Shown: positions 39,143 to 48,149 of the stretch, piece after piece
How the letters are laid out: every line of letters begins with the position of its first letter
Numbering within the stretch: the first letter of the stretch is position 1
Source of the DNA: an uncultured Chloroflexia bacterium
GTDB taxonomy: Bacteria; Chloroflexota; Limnocylindria; Limnocylindrales; CSP1-4
Direction: 5' to 3'
NCBI GenBank assembly: GCA_963800275.1
Contig: CAWDAI010000013.1
Location: 1,448 to 65,447, forward strand
DNA: 64,000 bases
The notes under the pieces: model-generated
Seen by the model: the letters and a program-made list of their open reading frames with translations, nothing else
What the model was told of the DNA's origin: nothing
Database searches by the model: none
Position numbers and translations under genes: made by a program

Positions 39143-40336
39143 ATGACCGCCACGACGCAGACGGTGGCGGTCCGGGTCGACCCCGCGCTGCTGCCGGAGA
39201 TCAAGCGCTACGGCGCGTTCGACGTGGACGCCTGCTTCAACTGCGGCAACTGCACTGCCGTCTGCCCACTCACCGCAGGCGACTCCACCTTCCCGCGTCG
39301 CATCATCCGCTACGCCCAGGTGGGCATGAAGGAGCAGGTGCTCTCGAGCAAGGAGCTGTGGACCTGCTACGCCTGTGGCGAGTGCTCCGAGACCTGTCCG
39401 CGGCAGGCCGAACCGTCCGAGTTCATGGCCGCCGCCCGCCGCTACGCCACGGCCGAATACGACCGCACCCGCATCTCGCGCTTCCTCTTCCTGCAACCCC
39501 TCCTGGGCACGATCGCGGCGGTCGCCTTCGCGGTCTTCCTGGCGCTCTTCATGTTCGTCAACCGGGCCGGTCCCGCGCCCGCCGGCGAGACGGCCTTCTT
39601 CGAGTGGATCCCGGCCGGCATCATCCATGACATGGGCATCGTGGTCATGGCCCTCGTCGTGCTCGCCGGCCTCGCCGGTGTCATCACCATGATCGGCAAG
39701 ACCGCCCCGGCCAGCGGGATCGCCTGGCGCGAGCTGGGCGATCGCCAGGGCCTGCGTGCCGTGGGCTCGGCGCTGTGGTCGTCGCTGGCGATCGAATCGC
39801 TGGGCCAGAAGCGCTACCGCGACGACTGCGAGAGCGAGGAGGCCAGCCTGCCGCTCTATCGGCGCACCTGGTTCACGCACGCGGCCGCGATGTTCGGGTT
39901 CCTCGGCCTGCTGGCCGCGACCACGCTCGACTACGGCCTGGGGATCCTGGGCCTGCGCCAGACCGGCGAGATGGTGCCGCTGTGGTACCCGGTGCGTCTG
40001 CTGGGCACGATCGCAGGGATCCTCCTGGTCTACGGCGTGACCATGCTCATGCTTCGCCGCTATCGCCGCGAGGCGCGCACGGTGCGCCGATCCTTCAGCT
40101 CTGACTGGATGTTCCTGTGGCTGCTGTGGATCACCGGCGTGACCGGCTTCGTCATCGAGCTGGCGCTCTACCTGCCGGCGGCGCCGATGTGGGGATACGT
40201 CCTGTTCCTGGTCCACGTGGGCATCGCCATGGAGCTGGTCCTGCTGGTGCCCTTCACCAAGTTCGCGCACGTCATCTACCGGCCGGTGTCGCTGTTCCTG
40301 GGCGCGCTGGCCGAGAAGCGCAAGGCAGTCGCCTAG
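39143..40336 (+). CDS. QmoC/HdrC-HdrE-like 4Fe-4S dicluster + membrane heme b protein
   Basis: SD AGGAGG before ATG 39143; CFNCGNCTAVCP, CYACGECSETCP, TM helices with His, and PFTKFAHVIYR. Confidence 0.85.
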   Translation: MTATTQTVAVRVDPALLPEIKRYGAFDVDACFNCGNCTAVCPLTAGDSTFPRRIIRYAQVGMKEQVLSSKELWTCYACGECSETCPRQAEPSEFMAAARRYATAEYDRTRISRFLFLQPLLGTIAAVAFAVFLALFMFVNRAGPAPAGETAFFEWIPAGIIHDMGIVVMALVVLAGLAGVITMIGKTAPASGIAWRELGDRQGLRAVGSALWSSLAIESLGQKRYRDDCESEEASLPLYRRTWFTHAAAMFGFLGLLAATTLDYGLGILGLRQTGEMVPLWYPVRLLGTIAGILLVYGVTMLMLRRYRREARTVRRSFSSDWMFLWLLWITGVTGFVIELALYLPAAPMWGYVLFLVHVGIAMELVLLVPFTKFAHVIYRPVSLFLGALAEKRKAVA

Positions 40337-40548
40337 CCGAGGGGGCCGCCGGTCGCCGGTCGCCGGTCGCGGCCACCCAGCCGGCCGGCTCGGCGGATGC
40401 CGTCTCGCCGCCTGCGCCGCGCCTCGGATCAGCGGACGCACCCGGAGCGCGGTCGAACAGCCGGGATTTTGATTACACTTGTGCTATCGGCGCCCGGCTT
40501 CCCGCCGTCGCGCGCCACCATTCCACTCACGTCAATCGGGGATCCTGG

Positions 40549-41697
40549 ATGAAGGTTGCCACCGTCAAGGAGACCGCGCCGTACGAGCGTCGGGTCGCCC
40601 TCGTACCGGAGGTGGTCGGCAAGCTGACCGGCGCCGGTCACGAGGTCCTGGTCCAAACGGGCGCCGGAGACGGCGCGTCCATCCTGGACGCGGACTACAC
40701 CGCGGCCGGGGCCAAGGTCGTCACGGAAGCGGCGCTCTACGCGGACGCCGACGTCGTGCTGCGCGTGCAGAAGCCCACCTTGGAGGAGGTCGGGAAGCTC
40801 CGCTCCGGCCAGGTCGTCATCGGCCTGCTGCAGCCGCTCATCGATCCCCAGAACGCCCAGGCGCTCGCGGCCGCCGGCGTCACCGCTGTGAGCCTCGACA
40901 CGTTGCCGCGAACGCTCTCGCGGGCACAGACGATGGACGCCCTCTCGTCGCAGGCCAACGTCGGCGGCTACAAGTCGGTGATCCTGGCGGCCAACGCCTA
41001 CGGACGCTATTTCCCGCTGCTGACCACCGCCGCGGGCACGGCCAAGCCGGCCAACGTGCTCATCCTCGGTGTCGGCGTGGCCGGGCTGCAGGCGATCGCC
41101 ACGGCCAAGCGCCTCGGCGCGCTGGTCAAGGCCTACGACGTGCGCAGCGAGACCCGTGAGCAGGCCGAGTCGCTCGGCGCCCAGTTCCTCAAGCTCGAGT
41201 CCGTGGTCGATGCCACCGGTGAGGGCGGGTACGCACGAGAGCTCAGCGACGAGGAGAAGGCCGCCCAGCAGGCCGAGCTCAACAAGCACATCAGCTCCAT
41301 GGACGTGGTCATCACCACGGCCCAGGTGCCGGGCCGGCGTCCACCGCTGCTGGTCACCGCCGACGCGGTGCGCAACATGAAGTCCGGTTCCGTCATCGTG
41401 GACATGGCCGCGAGCGCGCTCGGCGGCAATGTCGAGCTGTCGCAGCCGGACGACACCGTCGTCACCGAGAACGGCGTGACCATCATCGCGCCCACCAACC
41501 TGCCGGCCACCATGCCCGGCGGCGCCAGCGGCTTCTACGCGCGCAATATCAGCGCGCTGCTGACGCACTTCATCAAGGACGGGGAGATGACCTTCGACTT
41601 CGAGGACGAGATCACCGCCGGCACGGTGATCACGCACGACGGAGCCGTCGTGCACGAGCCAACCGCCAAGCTGCTTTCCGAGGGGGGTGCCGCATGA
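40549..41697 (+). CDS. pntA: NAD(P) transhydrogenase subunit alpha, domain I
   Basis: ERRVALVP, RAQTMDALSSQAN, GVGVAGL, TGEGGYA and GGNVE. Confidence 0.95.
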   Translation: MKVATVKETAPYERRVALVPEVVGKLTGAGHEVLVQTGAGDGASILDADYTAAGAKVVTEAALYADADVVLRVQKPTLEEVGKLRSGQVVIGLLQPLIDPQNAQALAAAGVTAVSLDTLPRTLSRAQTMDALSSQANVGGYKSVILAANAYGRYFPLLTTAAGTAKPANVLILGVGVAGLQAIATAKRLGALVKAYDVRSETREQAESLGAQFLKLESVVDATGEGGYARELSDEEKAAQQAELNKHISSMDVVITTAQVPGRRPPLLVTADAVRNMKSGSVIVDMAASALGGNVELSQPDDTVVTENGVTIIAPTNLPATMPGGASGFYARNISALLTHFIKDGEMTFDFEDEITAGTVITHDGAVVHEPTAKLLSEGGAA

Positions 41698-42014
41698 ACG
41701 GCGAGATCAGCCTCCTCGGTTCACTGGTCATCTTCATCCTCGCGGTCCTCGTCGGCTTCGAGGTCATCAGCAAGGTGCCCGCGACGCTGCATACGCCGCT
41801 CATGTCGGGTGCCAACTCGATCCACGGCATCGTGCTCATCGGCGGCATGATCATCGCCGCCCAGGCCGACAACGTGCTGGGCTACCTGCTGGCCCTGATC
41901 GCGGTCCTCTTCGGGGCCATGAACGTGGTCGGCGGCTACGTCGTCACCGATCGCATGCTGCAGATGTTCCGCAAGAAGGCCACGCCTCCCAAGGCTGAGG
42001 GTAAGGAGGCCTAG
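41694..42014 (+). CDS. pntA: NAD(P) transhydrogenase subunit alpha part 2
   Basis: LHTPLMSGANSIHG and NVVGGYVVTDRMLQMF. Confidence 0.95.
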   Translation: MNGEISLLGSLVIFILAVLVGFEVISKVPATLHTPLMSGANSIHGIVLIGGMIIAAQADNVLGYLLALIAVLFGAMNVVGGYVVTDRMLQMFRKKATPPKAEGKEA

Positions 42015-42016
42015 GG

Positions 42017-43492
42017 GTGGACCAGGGAACGCTTACCACGCTCTTCGTCATCATCGGTGCGCTGGCCGCCGCGAGCTTCGTCATCGGCCTGCACTTCATG
42101 AACAGCCCCGCCACCGCGCGGAACGGCAACCTCATCTCGGCCGTGGGCATGACCGTGGCCGTCATCACCACCTTCGTCTACCTGCTCCTGAGCGAGTGTC
42201 CGCAGGAGTCCTGCGCGGTCGGCGGCCTGTCGGCCCCGGCCCTGATCATCATCATCGGCGGCTTCGCGGTCGGTGGCGCGGCCGGCCTGGTCCTCGCCCG
42301 TCGCGTGGCCATGACCGCCATGCCCCAGCTGGTCTCGCTGTTCAACGCGGTCGGCGGCGGGGCCGCGGCCATCGTGGCCATCTTCGACTACCTGCACATC
42401 GTGGGCGGCCCCGACGAAACGGTCTCGACCACCATCTTCGTCATCCTCGGCGTGCTCATCGGCTCGGTGACCTTCAGCGGCTCGATCATCGCCTCGGGCA
42501 AGCTGCAGGGGCTCATCAGGGGCCAGCCCATCCCCGTGCCCGGTGGCATCTACACCACCATCGGCCTGGGCCTGGTCGCGCTCGTGACCACGATCCTGCT
42601 GGTCATCGGCGCCGGCGAGTCGCCCGTGCTGGACCTCGGCAGCGCGGTCAAGACGATCCTGCTGCTGGTCCTGCTCGGCGCTTCGCTGACCTTCGGCGTG
42701 ACCATGGTGCTGCCCATCGGCGGCGCCGACATGCCGGTCGTCATCAGCCTGCTCAACAGCTTCACCGGCACGGCCGCGGCCATGTCCGGCTTCGTGCTCG
42801 ACTCGCCGCTGCTCATCATCGCCGGCGCGCTGGTCGGTGCCGCGGGCGGCATCCTGACCAAGCTCATGGCCGACGCCATGAACCGCTCGCTGCTCAACAT
42901 CATGATCGGCGGGTTCGGCGGTGCCGAAGGCACCCAGGCCGATCCCACCGCGACCGGCGGCTCCGTGCGCGAGGTCGGCGTCGATGACGCGGCCATCCAG
43001 CTGGCCTATGCCGAGAACGTCATCATCGTGCCCGGCTACGGCCTGGCCGTGGCGCAGGCGCAGCACGCCGTGCGCGAGCTCGGGGACATCCTCGAGGAGC
43101 GCGGCGTGAGGGTGAGCTACGCCATCCACCCCGTGGCGGGACGCATGCCCGGTCACATGAACGTGCTGCTGGCGGAGGCCAACGTGCCCTACCCGCAGCT
43201 CAAGGAGATGGAGGACATCAACCCCGAGTTCAACCGCTGTGACGTGGCCCTGGTCATCGGCGCCAACGACGTCACCAACCCGGTCGCTCGGACCGACCCG
43301 TCCTCGCCCATCTACGGCATGCCCATCCTCGATGTCGATCACGCCAAGTCCATCGTCGTCATCAAGCGCTCGATGGGTCGCGGCTATGCCGGTATCGACA
43401 ACAGCCTCTACACCGACCCCAAGACGGGCATGCTCTTCGCCGACGCGAAGGCCGGCCTGGAGAGCCTCATCGCGGCGGTCAAGGAGCTGTAG
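42017..43492 (+). CDS. pntB: NAD(P) transhydrogenase subunit beta
   Basis: MTAMPQLV, IGGADMPVVISLLNS, PGYGLAVAQAQ, HPVAGRMPGHMNVLLAEA and GANDV. Confidence 0.97.
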   Translation: MDQGTLTTLFVIIGALAAASFVIGLHFMNSPATARNGNLISAVGMTVAVITTFVYLLLSECPQESCAVGGLSAPALIIIIGGFAVGGAAGLVLARRVAMTAMPQLVSLFNAVGGGAAAIVAIFDYLHIVGGPDETVSTTIFVILGVLIGSVTFSGSIIASGKLQGLIRGQPIPVPGGIYTTIGLGLVALVTTILLVIGAGESPVLDLGSAVKTILLLVLLGASLTFGVTMVLPIGGADMPVVISLLNSFTGTAAAMSGFVLDSPLLIIAGALVGAAGGILTKLMADAMNRSLLNIMIGGFGGAEGTQADPTATGGSVREVGVDDAAIQLAYAENVIIVPGYGLAVAQAQHAVRELGDILEERGVRVSYAIHPVAGRMPGHMNVLLAEANVPYPQLKEMEDINPEFNRCDVALVIGANDVTNPVARTDPSSPIYGMPILDVDHAKSIVVIKRSMGRGYAGIDNSLYTDPKTGMLFADAKAGLESLIAAVKEL

Positions 43493-43500
43493 CAGCAGCC

Positions 43501-43594
43501 GCAAGGCCGGCGGCAGCGCGCCGCCGAACCCGCCTCATCAGCAAGACCCCCGGTCATCTCGACCGGGGGTCTTGCTCGTATCGACGCAGGTCGC
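43501..43594. repeat. 94-bp direct repeat, copy 1
   Basis: Matches 44226-44319 with 2 mismatches. Confidence 0.92.
43540..43576. terminator. Strong hairpin after pntB (probable bidirectional terminator)
   Basis: AGCAAGACCCCCGGTC-ATCTC-GACCGGGGGTCTTGCT, a perfect 16-bp stem with no U-tract. Confidence 0.7.
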
Positions 43595-43700
43595 CGGGCC
43601 GGCGGGTGTCATGGATGGACCAGCCAGCTTGCCCACGTCCCGGACGCTCAGATGTCTGTGGGGCGAGTCACCCAGTGGCCCTCCGCGCCGCCGCGTGGTA

Positions 43701-43960
43701 CATGGCGCCAAGCGCTGCCAGCGTGGGGTGCATGGCGCCGCCAGCGTGGTGCATGGCGCCAAACGCTGCCAGCGTGGTGCCGAGCGCTGCCAGCGTGGTG
43801 CCGAGCTTTGCCAGCGTGGTGCCGAGCTTTGCCAGCGTGGGGTGCCGAGCTTTGCCGAGCGCCGCCAGCGTGGTGCCGAGCGCTGCCTGCGTGGAGCCGA
43901 GCTTTGCCAGCGTGGTGCATGGCGTCGCCAGCGTGGGGTGCCGAGCTTTGCCAGCGTGGT
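43701..43960. repeat. Tandem array with core GCCAGCGTGG, mostly 21-nt period
   Basis: Cores at 43717, 43740, 43768, 43789, 43810, 43831, 43864, (43885 variant), 43906, 43927 and 43950. Confidence 0.92.
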
Positions 43961-44145
43961 TAGTGGCGCCGCCCTTGCTGCGTCTCGCGGAGGACGCCAC
44001 TCGGCCGCGGACACGAGCTGGGACCCTTCGAGCCGGCGAGCCGTTGGTTATCCGTCCCAACCCGAGCGCCAGTCGACGCGGGAACCGGCTGTCAGCGGGT
44101 GCGATCCGCGGCAGCGCGGTCGACTGGCGCCGTTGATGAGACGCC

Positions 44146-44225
44146 TGACAACACGACGACTGACAACGCGATGGGCAGAAGGACAAGTGACAACACGACG
44201 AGCGACAACACGACCTGTGACAGCA
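44146..44225. repeat. 15-nt tandem repeat YGACAACACGAC
   Basis: Units at 44146, 44161, 44188, 44203 and a partial at 44218. Confidence 0.8.
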
Positions 44226-44319
44226 GCAAGGCCGGTGGCAGCGCGCCGCCGAACCCGCCTCATCAGCAAGACCCCCGGTCATCTCGACGGGGGGTCTTGC
44301 TCGTATCGACGCAGGTCGC
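44226..44319. repeat. 94-bp direct repeat, copy 2 (includes the hairpin with one stem mismatch)
   Basis: Matches 43501-43594. Confidence 0.92.
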
Positions 44320-44341
44320 TTGGACGCCCGCTGGCGGCAGC

Positions 44342-45361
44342 TCAGGCGCCAGGTCCCGGCCTGCCGGGCTCGTCGTAGCGGGCGGCCGCCCGCGCGTGCT
44401 GCTCGCGTACCCACTCGCGCAGCTCGGAGGGCTCCAGCACCTGCGCATCCGCGCCCCAGCCGAGCACCCACGAGCGGATCTCCAGCAGGCCCGAAACGCG
44501 CGCCCGCCAGAGGAGCGAGCCGTCGTCCTCCAGCTCCTCGACCTGGCTCGCGTGCCAGCGGGTCTCGTGGACGCGCTGGGTGACCGCAGGATCGAAGCGG
44601 ATGACGACCTCGACCGGGGCGGCGTCGCTGATCACGTCCCAGGCGGCCAGCATCTCCGCGGCCACCGACTCGCCGGGCGGCTCGAACGTCTCCGGTGTGA
44701 CCGAGATGGAGGCGATGCGCTCCACCTTGAAGGTGCGGCGATCGGCTCGTTCCTCGTCCCAGCCGATGACGTAGAGCGCCCGCGACAGGGCCGAGGGCTC
44801 GATGGCGTAGGGATGGAGCCGGACCCGGCGCATGGGGCGGCTGGCATCGTACACGCTCGGGTCGTAGTCGAGCTCCACCACGCGCCGCTCGGCCAGCGCC
44901 ACCGTGAGGCCTCGCAGTACGCGCGTGAAGTCCTCATTGGGCGGCGTGTCGGCGAAGGCGTCGGCCGTCTCGCGGAGCTGCTCCGCGATGACCGGCGGCA
45001 GCACCTGGGCCAGCTTCACCAGGACGCCGATGATCTCCGTGTCGAGCTCATCGGTGGCCTTGGTCAGCAGGCGCGCCGCGAGATAGAAGGCCATGGCCTC
45101 GGGCAACGTCAGCGCCAGCGGCGGCAGGAACGCATCAGCCGCCAGCCCGTACTTGCCCTTCTCGTTCCAGATGGGCAGGCCGCCGTCGAGGTCCATGCCC
45201 TCGAGGTCCCGGTAGATGGTGCGCTTGGACACGCCGATCTGGTCGGCCAGGGCCTGGGCGCTGATTCCGGCCTCGCCGTGGGCGTGCAGCACCGTGGCGA
45301 TCTTGAGGTAGCGCGCAGCCCGGTCCCACTTCGTCCCGCCGCGTTCGTCGAAGGTGCTCAT
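44342..45361 (-). CDS. WYL-domain transcriptional regulator (HTH-WYL-WCX)
   Basis: LADQIGVSKRTIYRDL, LHPYAI...LYVIGWD...RTFKVERI and WVLGWGADAQVLEP. Confidence 0.93.
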   Translation of the reverse strand: MSTFDERGGTKWDRAARYLKIATVLHAHGEAGISAQALADQIGVSKRTIYRDLEGMDLDGGLPIWNEKGKYGLAADAFLPPLALTLPEAMAFYLAARLLTKATDELDTEIIGVLVKLAQVLPPVIAEQLRETADAFADTPPNEDFTRVLRGLTVALAERRVVELDYDPSVYDASRPMRRVRLHPYAIEPSALSRALYVIGWDEERADRRTFKVERIASISVTPETFEPPGESVAAEMLAAWDVISDAAPVEVVIRFDPAVTQRVHETRWHASQVEELEDDGSLLWRARVSGLLEIRSWVLGWGADAQVLEPSELREWVREQHARAAARYDEPGRPGPGA

Positions 45362-46807
45362 GTCTCCTCAGACTGTAGCGCCGATGCCTGGGGCGAAGGG
45401 GCGACCGCTGGCGAAGGGCTGGCCGATGGCGGAGGCGTGGGCGATGCCACCGGCGCCGTCAGCGGCACGATCGATGGCGCCGCTGCCGATGAGCGTGCTG
45501 CTGCCGCCGCCGCCGACGAGCGCCGCCGCCGCCGCTGAGCGCGCTGCTGCCGCCGCCGCTGAGCGCGCCGCTGCTGCCATCGCGCCATCTCGGTCGGTGG
45601 CGGAGAGCTCCGCGCCCAGGACCACGCGTACGCCCTCGGCATCCCATGGTGTCTCGGCGCGCGAGCCGGAGACCTCCACCGTGGCCCGGCCCAGCTGGCC
45701 ATCGGCGAAGACCCACCAGTCGAGCTCGCCGCGCCAGCGGGGGATGGCCGAGCCGGGGTCCTCCGAGCTGTCGTAGAGCAGCCAGCGCAGCGGCAGGAAC
45801 GCGTGCAGCGCGGTGTCACCGTCGATGAAGGTGCGGCAGTGGCGCGCACGGGCGCCTTCGATGTGGTCGATGCCCAGGTCCTCGGCCACGATCGCGCCGC
45901 GGGGAGCGGAAGCGACCGCGTAGGGCGGTCCGTCCAGCGTCAGGCCCTGCGTTCCGAGCAGGTCGTACGGGTCCGGCTCGGTCCGTTGCCAGGTCGATCC
46001 GGGTGCGGCCTGGTCGTCATTGAGGTCGTTGCGCCAGGCCAGCCGGCCGACGCGGCGATAGGCCGACCCACCCTCGCCGTCTGGTCCGCTCCACGAACCG
46101 CTCCAAGCCTCATCGAGGCCGTTCCGCTGCCCTTCCAGACGGGCCGTCCCGCGCACCTCGGTATCGAGGCTGGAGATGGCGGTGACGACGATGTGGGCAT
46201 TGGGGCCGAGCGCCAACTGCTCGTCGCAATAGGGTGGCTCGAGGTCGGGATCGGTCGGCCCGTAGCGTGAGCTGGCGGGCTCCTCCTGGCGCAGGTCGTG
46301 TTCGTTGACCGCGGCCACCAGGAGGAAGGCTGCGCCGGCGACCACGGTCAGCAGCCCCGCCACGAGCGCGGCCAGCCACGTCGCACGCCGTTCGAGCGAG
46401 CGCACCCCGCGGCGCCGGTGGATGAGCCCGACGATGCTGAAGAAGGAGCTGAAGTAGAGCGCGATGACGATGGCGTAGACGGTCTCCGCCGAGGGCAGCA
46501 GGCTCTGGGGGCCATCGCTCGCGAGAGTGGAGGCGAGGTTATACAGCAGCGGGGTGGTGAAGAGCATGGCCGTGATCCAGACCCAGGCGAGCGCGACCCG
46601 AGCGCGACCCTGCCTGGTGCGAGGCGGCCAGATGACGCCCGCGTCGGCGATCACGACGGGCACGAAACAGGCCAGGGCCACGACGATGTCCACGGGGCCG
46701 CCGGGACGGAAGGCGTTGGCGATGACGATGGCGGTGACCGCCCACATGGCCGTCAGCACGACGGCCAGCAGGCGCATGGTGCGGCGATCGTCAGGGTGCT
46801 TGGCCAT
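45358..46807 (-). CDS. Membrane protein with large extracellular domain (probable frameshift near 45518)
   Basis: Five N-terminal TM helices. The alternative-frame tail (AAAAAARSS...PSASPSP...EET) ends in an ATGA overlap with the WYL gene. Confidence 0.65.
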
Positions 46808-46879
46808 CGGGAAGGCAGCATACCGCCGCTTCGGTCCTGACCGGGCGCTGCGGTCCTGACCGGGCGTACCATCGAGGCC

Positions 46880-47905
46880 ATGGCACGCACCTACGGCGAT
46901 ACCGTCACCACGCCGGCCGCGGCCGGGTCCAGCAGCCGGCTCCACCCGCCCTTCGTGAGCCTGCTCAGCGACTTCGGCGATCGCGACCCCTCTGCCGGCA
47001 TCATGCGCGCGGTCGTGTCACGCATCTGCCCCACGGCCCGCATCGTGGATATCTCGCACGGGATCGACAAGTTCTCCGTGCGCGACGGCGCACTTCTGCT
47101 GTGGAGCGCAGCGCCCTACCTGCCGGTCGGCGCGCACGTGGCGGTGGTCGACCCCGGGGTGGGCACGGCTCGCGCAGGCATCGCCATCCGTACCTCGCGC
47201 GGCGACTACCTCGTGGGACCGGACAACGGGCTGCTCATGCCCGCTGCCGCACGCCTCGGCGGGATCACCGCGGCCCATTCGCTCGAAGAGCCGCGCTATG
47301 CCCTCCCGGACGTGAGCAGCTCATTCCACGGTCGCGACGTCTTCGCGCCGGCTGGTGCACATCTCGCCGCCGGTATCGCCATCGAGGACCTGGGCCGGGC
47401 GATCGATCCCCGGCAGCTGGTGGAGCTGGAGTGGCCACGACCGGAGATCCGGCCCGACCATCTTCGGACGCAGGCCATCTACCTGGACTCCTTCGGCAAC
47501 GTGAAGCTCTCCGCCCTCACCGACGACCTGGAGGCGGCACTGCCCGGCGCGCGCTTCGGGGATCGCCTGCTGCTGCGCGCGGGTTCCACGGCCGGCGACC
47601 GCATCGTGACCTTCGCGCGCACGTTCGGCGATGTGCCCCAGGGTTCGCCACTGGTCACGGCCGACTCGTACGGTCGAGTGGCGCTCTCGGTGCACCAGGG
47701 TTCGGCCGTGCAGGAGTTCGGCATCGAGCTCGACTCGGTCATCGACATCGGCCGCCAGGTCGCTCCGCCGCCGCCCCCGCCGCGCGAGCCCGCGCGAGCC
47801 CCGGCGCCGCGACCGCCGGCTCCACCTCGACCGCCGGCTCCGCCCTGGCCGCCGACGGGACCGCGCCCCGAGCGGCCGACCCTCGCGGTCAGGCGCGCCG
47901 GGTGA
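46880..47905 (+). CDS. SAM hydroxide adenosyltransferase (DUF62; SAM-dependent chlorinase/fluorinase family)
   Basis: LLSDFG..D, DISH, VVDPGVGT.R, PDNGL, SFHGRDVFAP and DSFGN; Pro-rich tail. Confidence 0.9.
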   Translation: MARTYGDTVTTPAAAGSSSRLHPPFVSLLSDFGDRDPSAGIMRAVVSRICPTARIVDISHGIDKFSVRDGALLLWSAAPYLPVGAHVAVVDPGVGTARAGIAIRTSRGDYLVGPDNGLLMPAAARLGGITAAHSLEEPRYALPDVSSSFHGRDVFAPAGAHLAAGIAIEDLGRAIDPRQLVELEWPRPEIRPDHLRTQAIYLDSFGNVKLSALTDDLEAALPGARFGDRLLLRAGSTAGDRIVTFARTFGDVPQGSPLVTADSYGRVALSVHQGSAVQEFGIELDSVIDIGRQVAPPPPPPREPARAPAPRPPAPPRPPAPPWPPTGPRPERPTLAVRRAG

Positions 47906-48149
47906 GGCGCAGCAGCACAGCGGTCACGAGCGCGGTGGCGAGGCCGAGCAGCACCACCGCACCCAGGATGAGGAGGGGATTGCCCACGAGCCCGGGTCCG
48001 GCGCCTTCCGAGCGCAGGTCGCCGGCGGCCAGGAGGGCCTGGGCCGTGGGCGCGGCAGTCGGGTCTGCCGCTACCGCGGTGACCCCCGCCAGGATCACGG
48101 CTGACAGCGCGAGAGCCAGCACGGGCACCAGTCGTCGAAGGTCGGTCAT
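47889..48149 (-). CDS. Small exported or membrane protein
   Basis: Signal-like N-terminus and C-terminal TM; coupled to the upstream gene. Confidence 0.65.
   Translation of the reverse strand: MTDLRRLVPVLALALSAVILAGVTAVAADPTAAPTAQALLAAGDLRSEGAGPGLVGNPLLILGAVVLLGLATALVTAVLLRLTRRA

Noticed and set aside
34078-40336. Evidence for methanogenesis or dissimilatory sulfate reduction
   Set aside because: No hdrB, aprAB, sat or dsrAB in the window, and HdrA-like proteins are widespread.
40465-40548. Rex operator upstream of pntA
   Set aside because: A TTGTG half-site is present but there is no matching TTCACAA at the right spacing.
43701-43960. CRISPR or guide-RNA array
   Set aside because: The constant part is only 10-12 nt, the intervening 9-mers recur rather than being unique spacers, and no cas or other effector gene is in the window.
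43239-44471. ORFs spanning the repeat cassette
   Set aside because: Low-complexity translations; unit spacings of 23 and 28 nt break the frame, and there is no SD or recognisable domain.
46880-47905. Fluorinase or chlorinase
   Set aside because: SFHGRD together with the Asp and Arg of VVDPGVGTAR matches the Asp-Arg-His triad of DUF62 SAM hydrolases; halogenases have Tyr at the His position.
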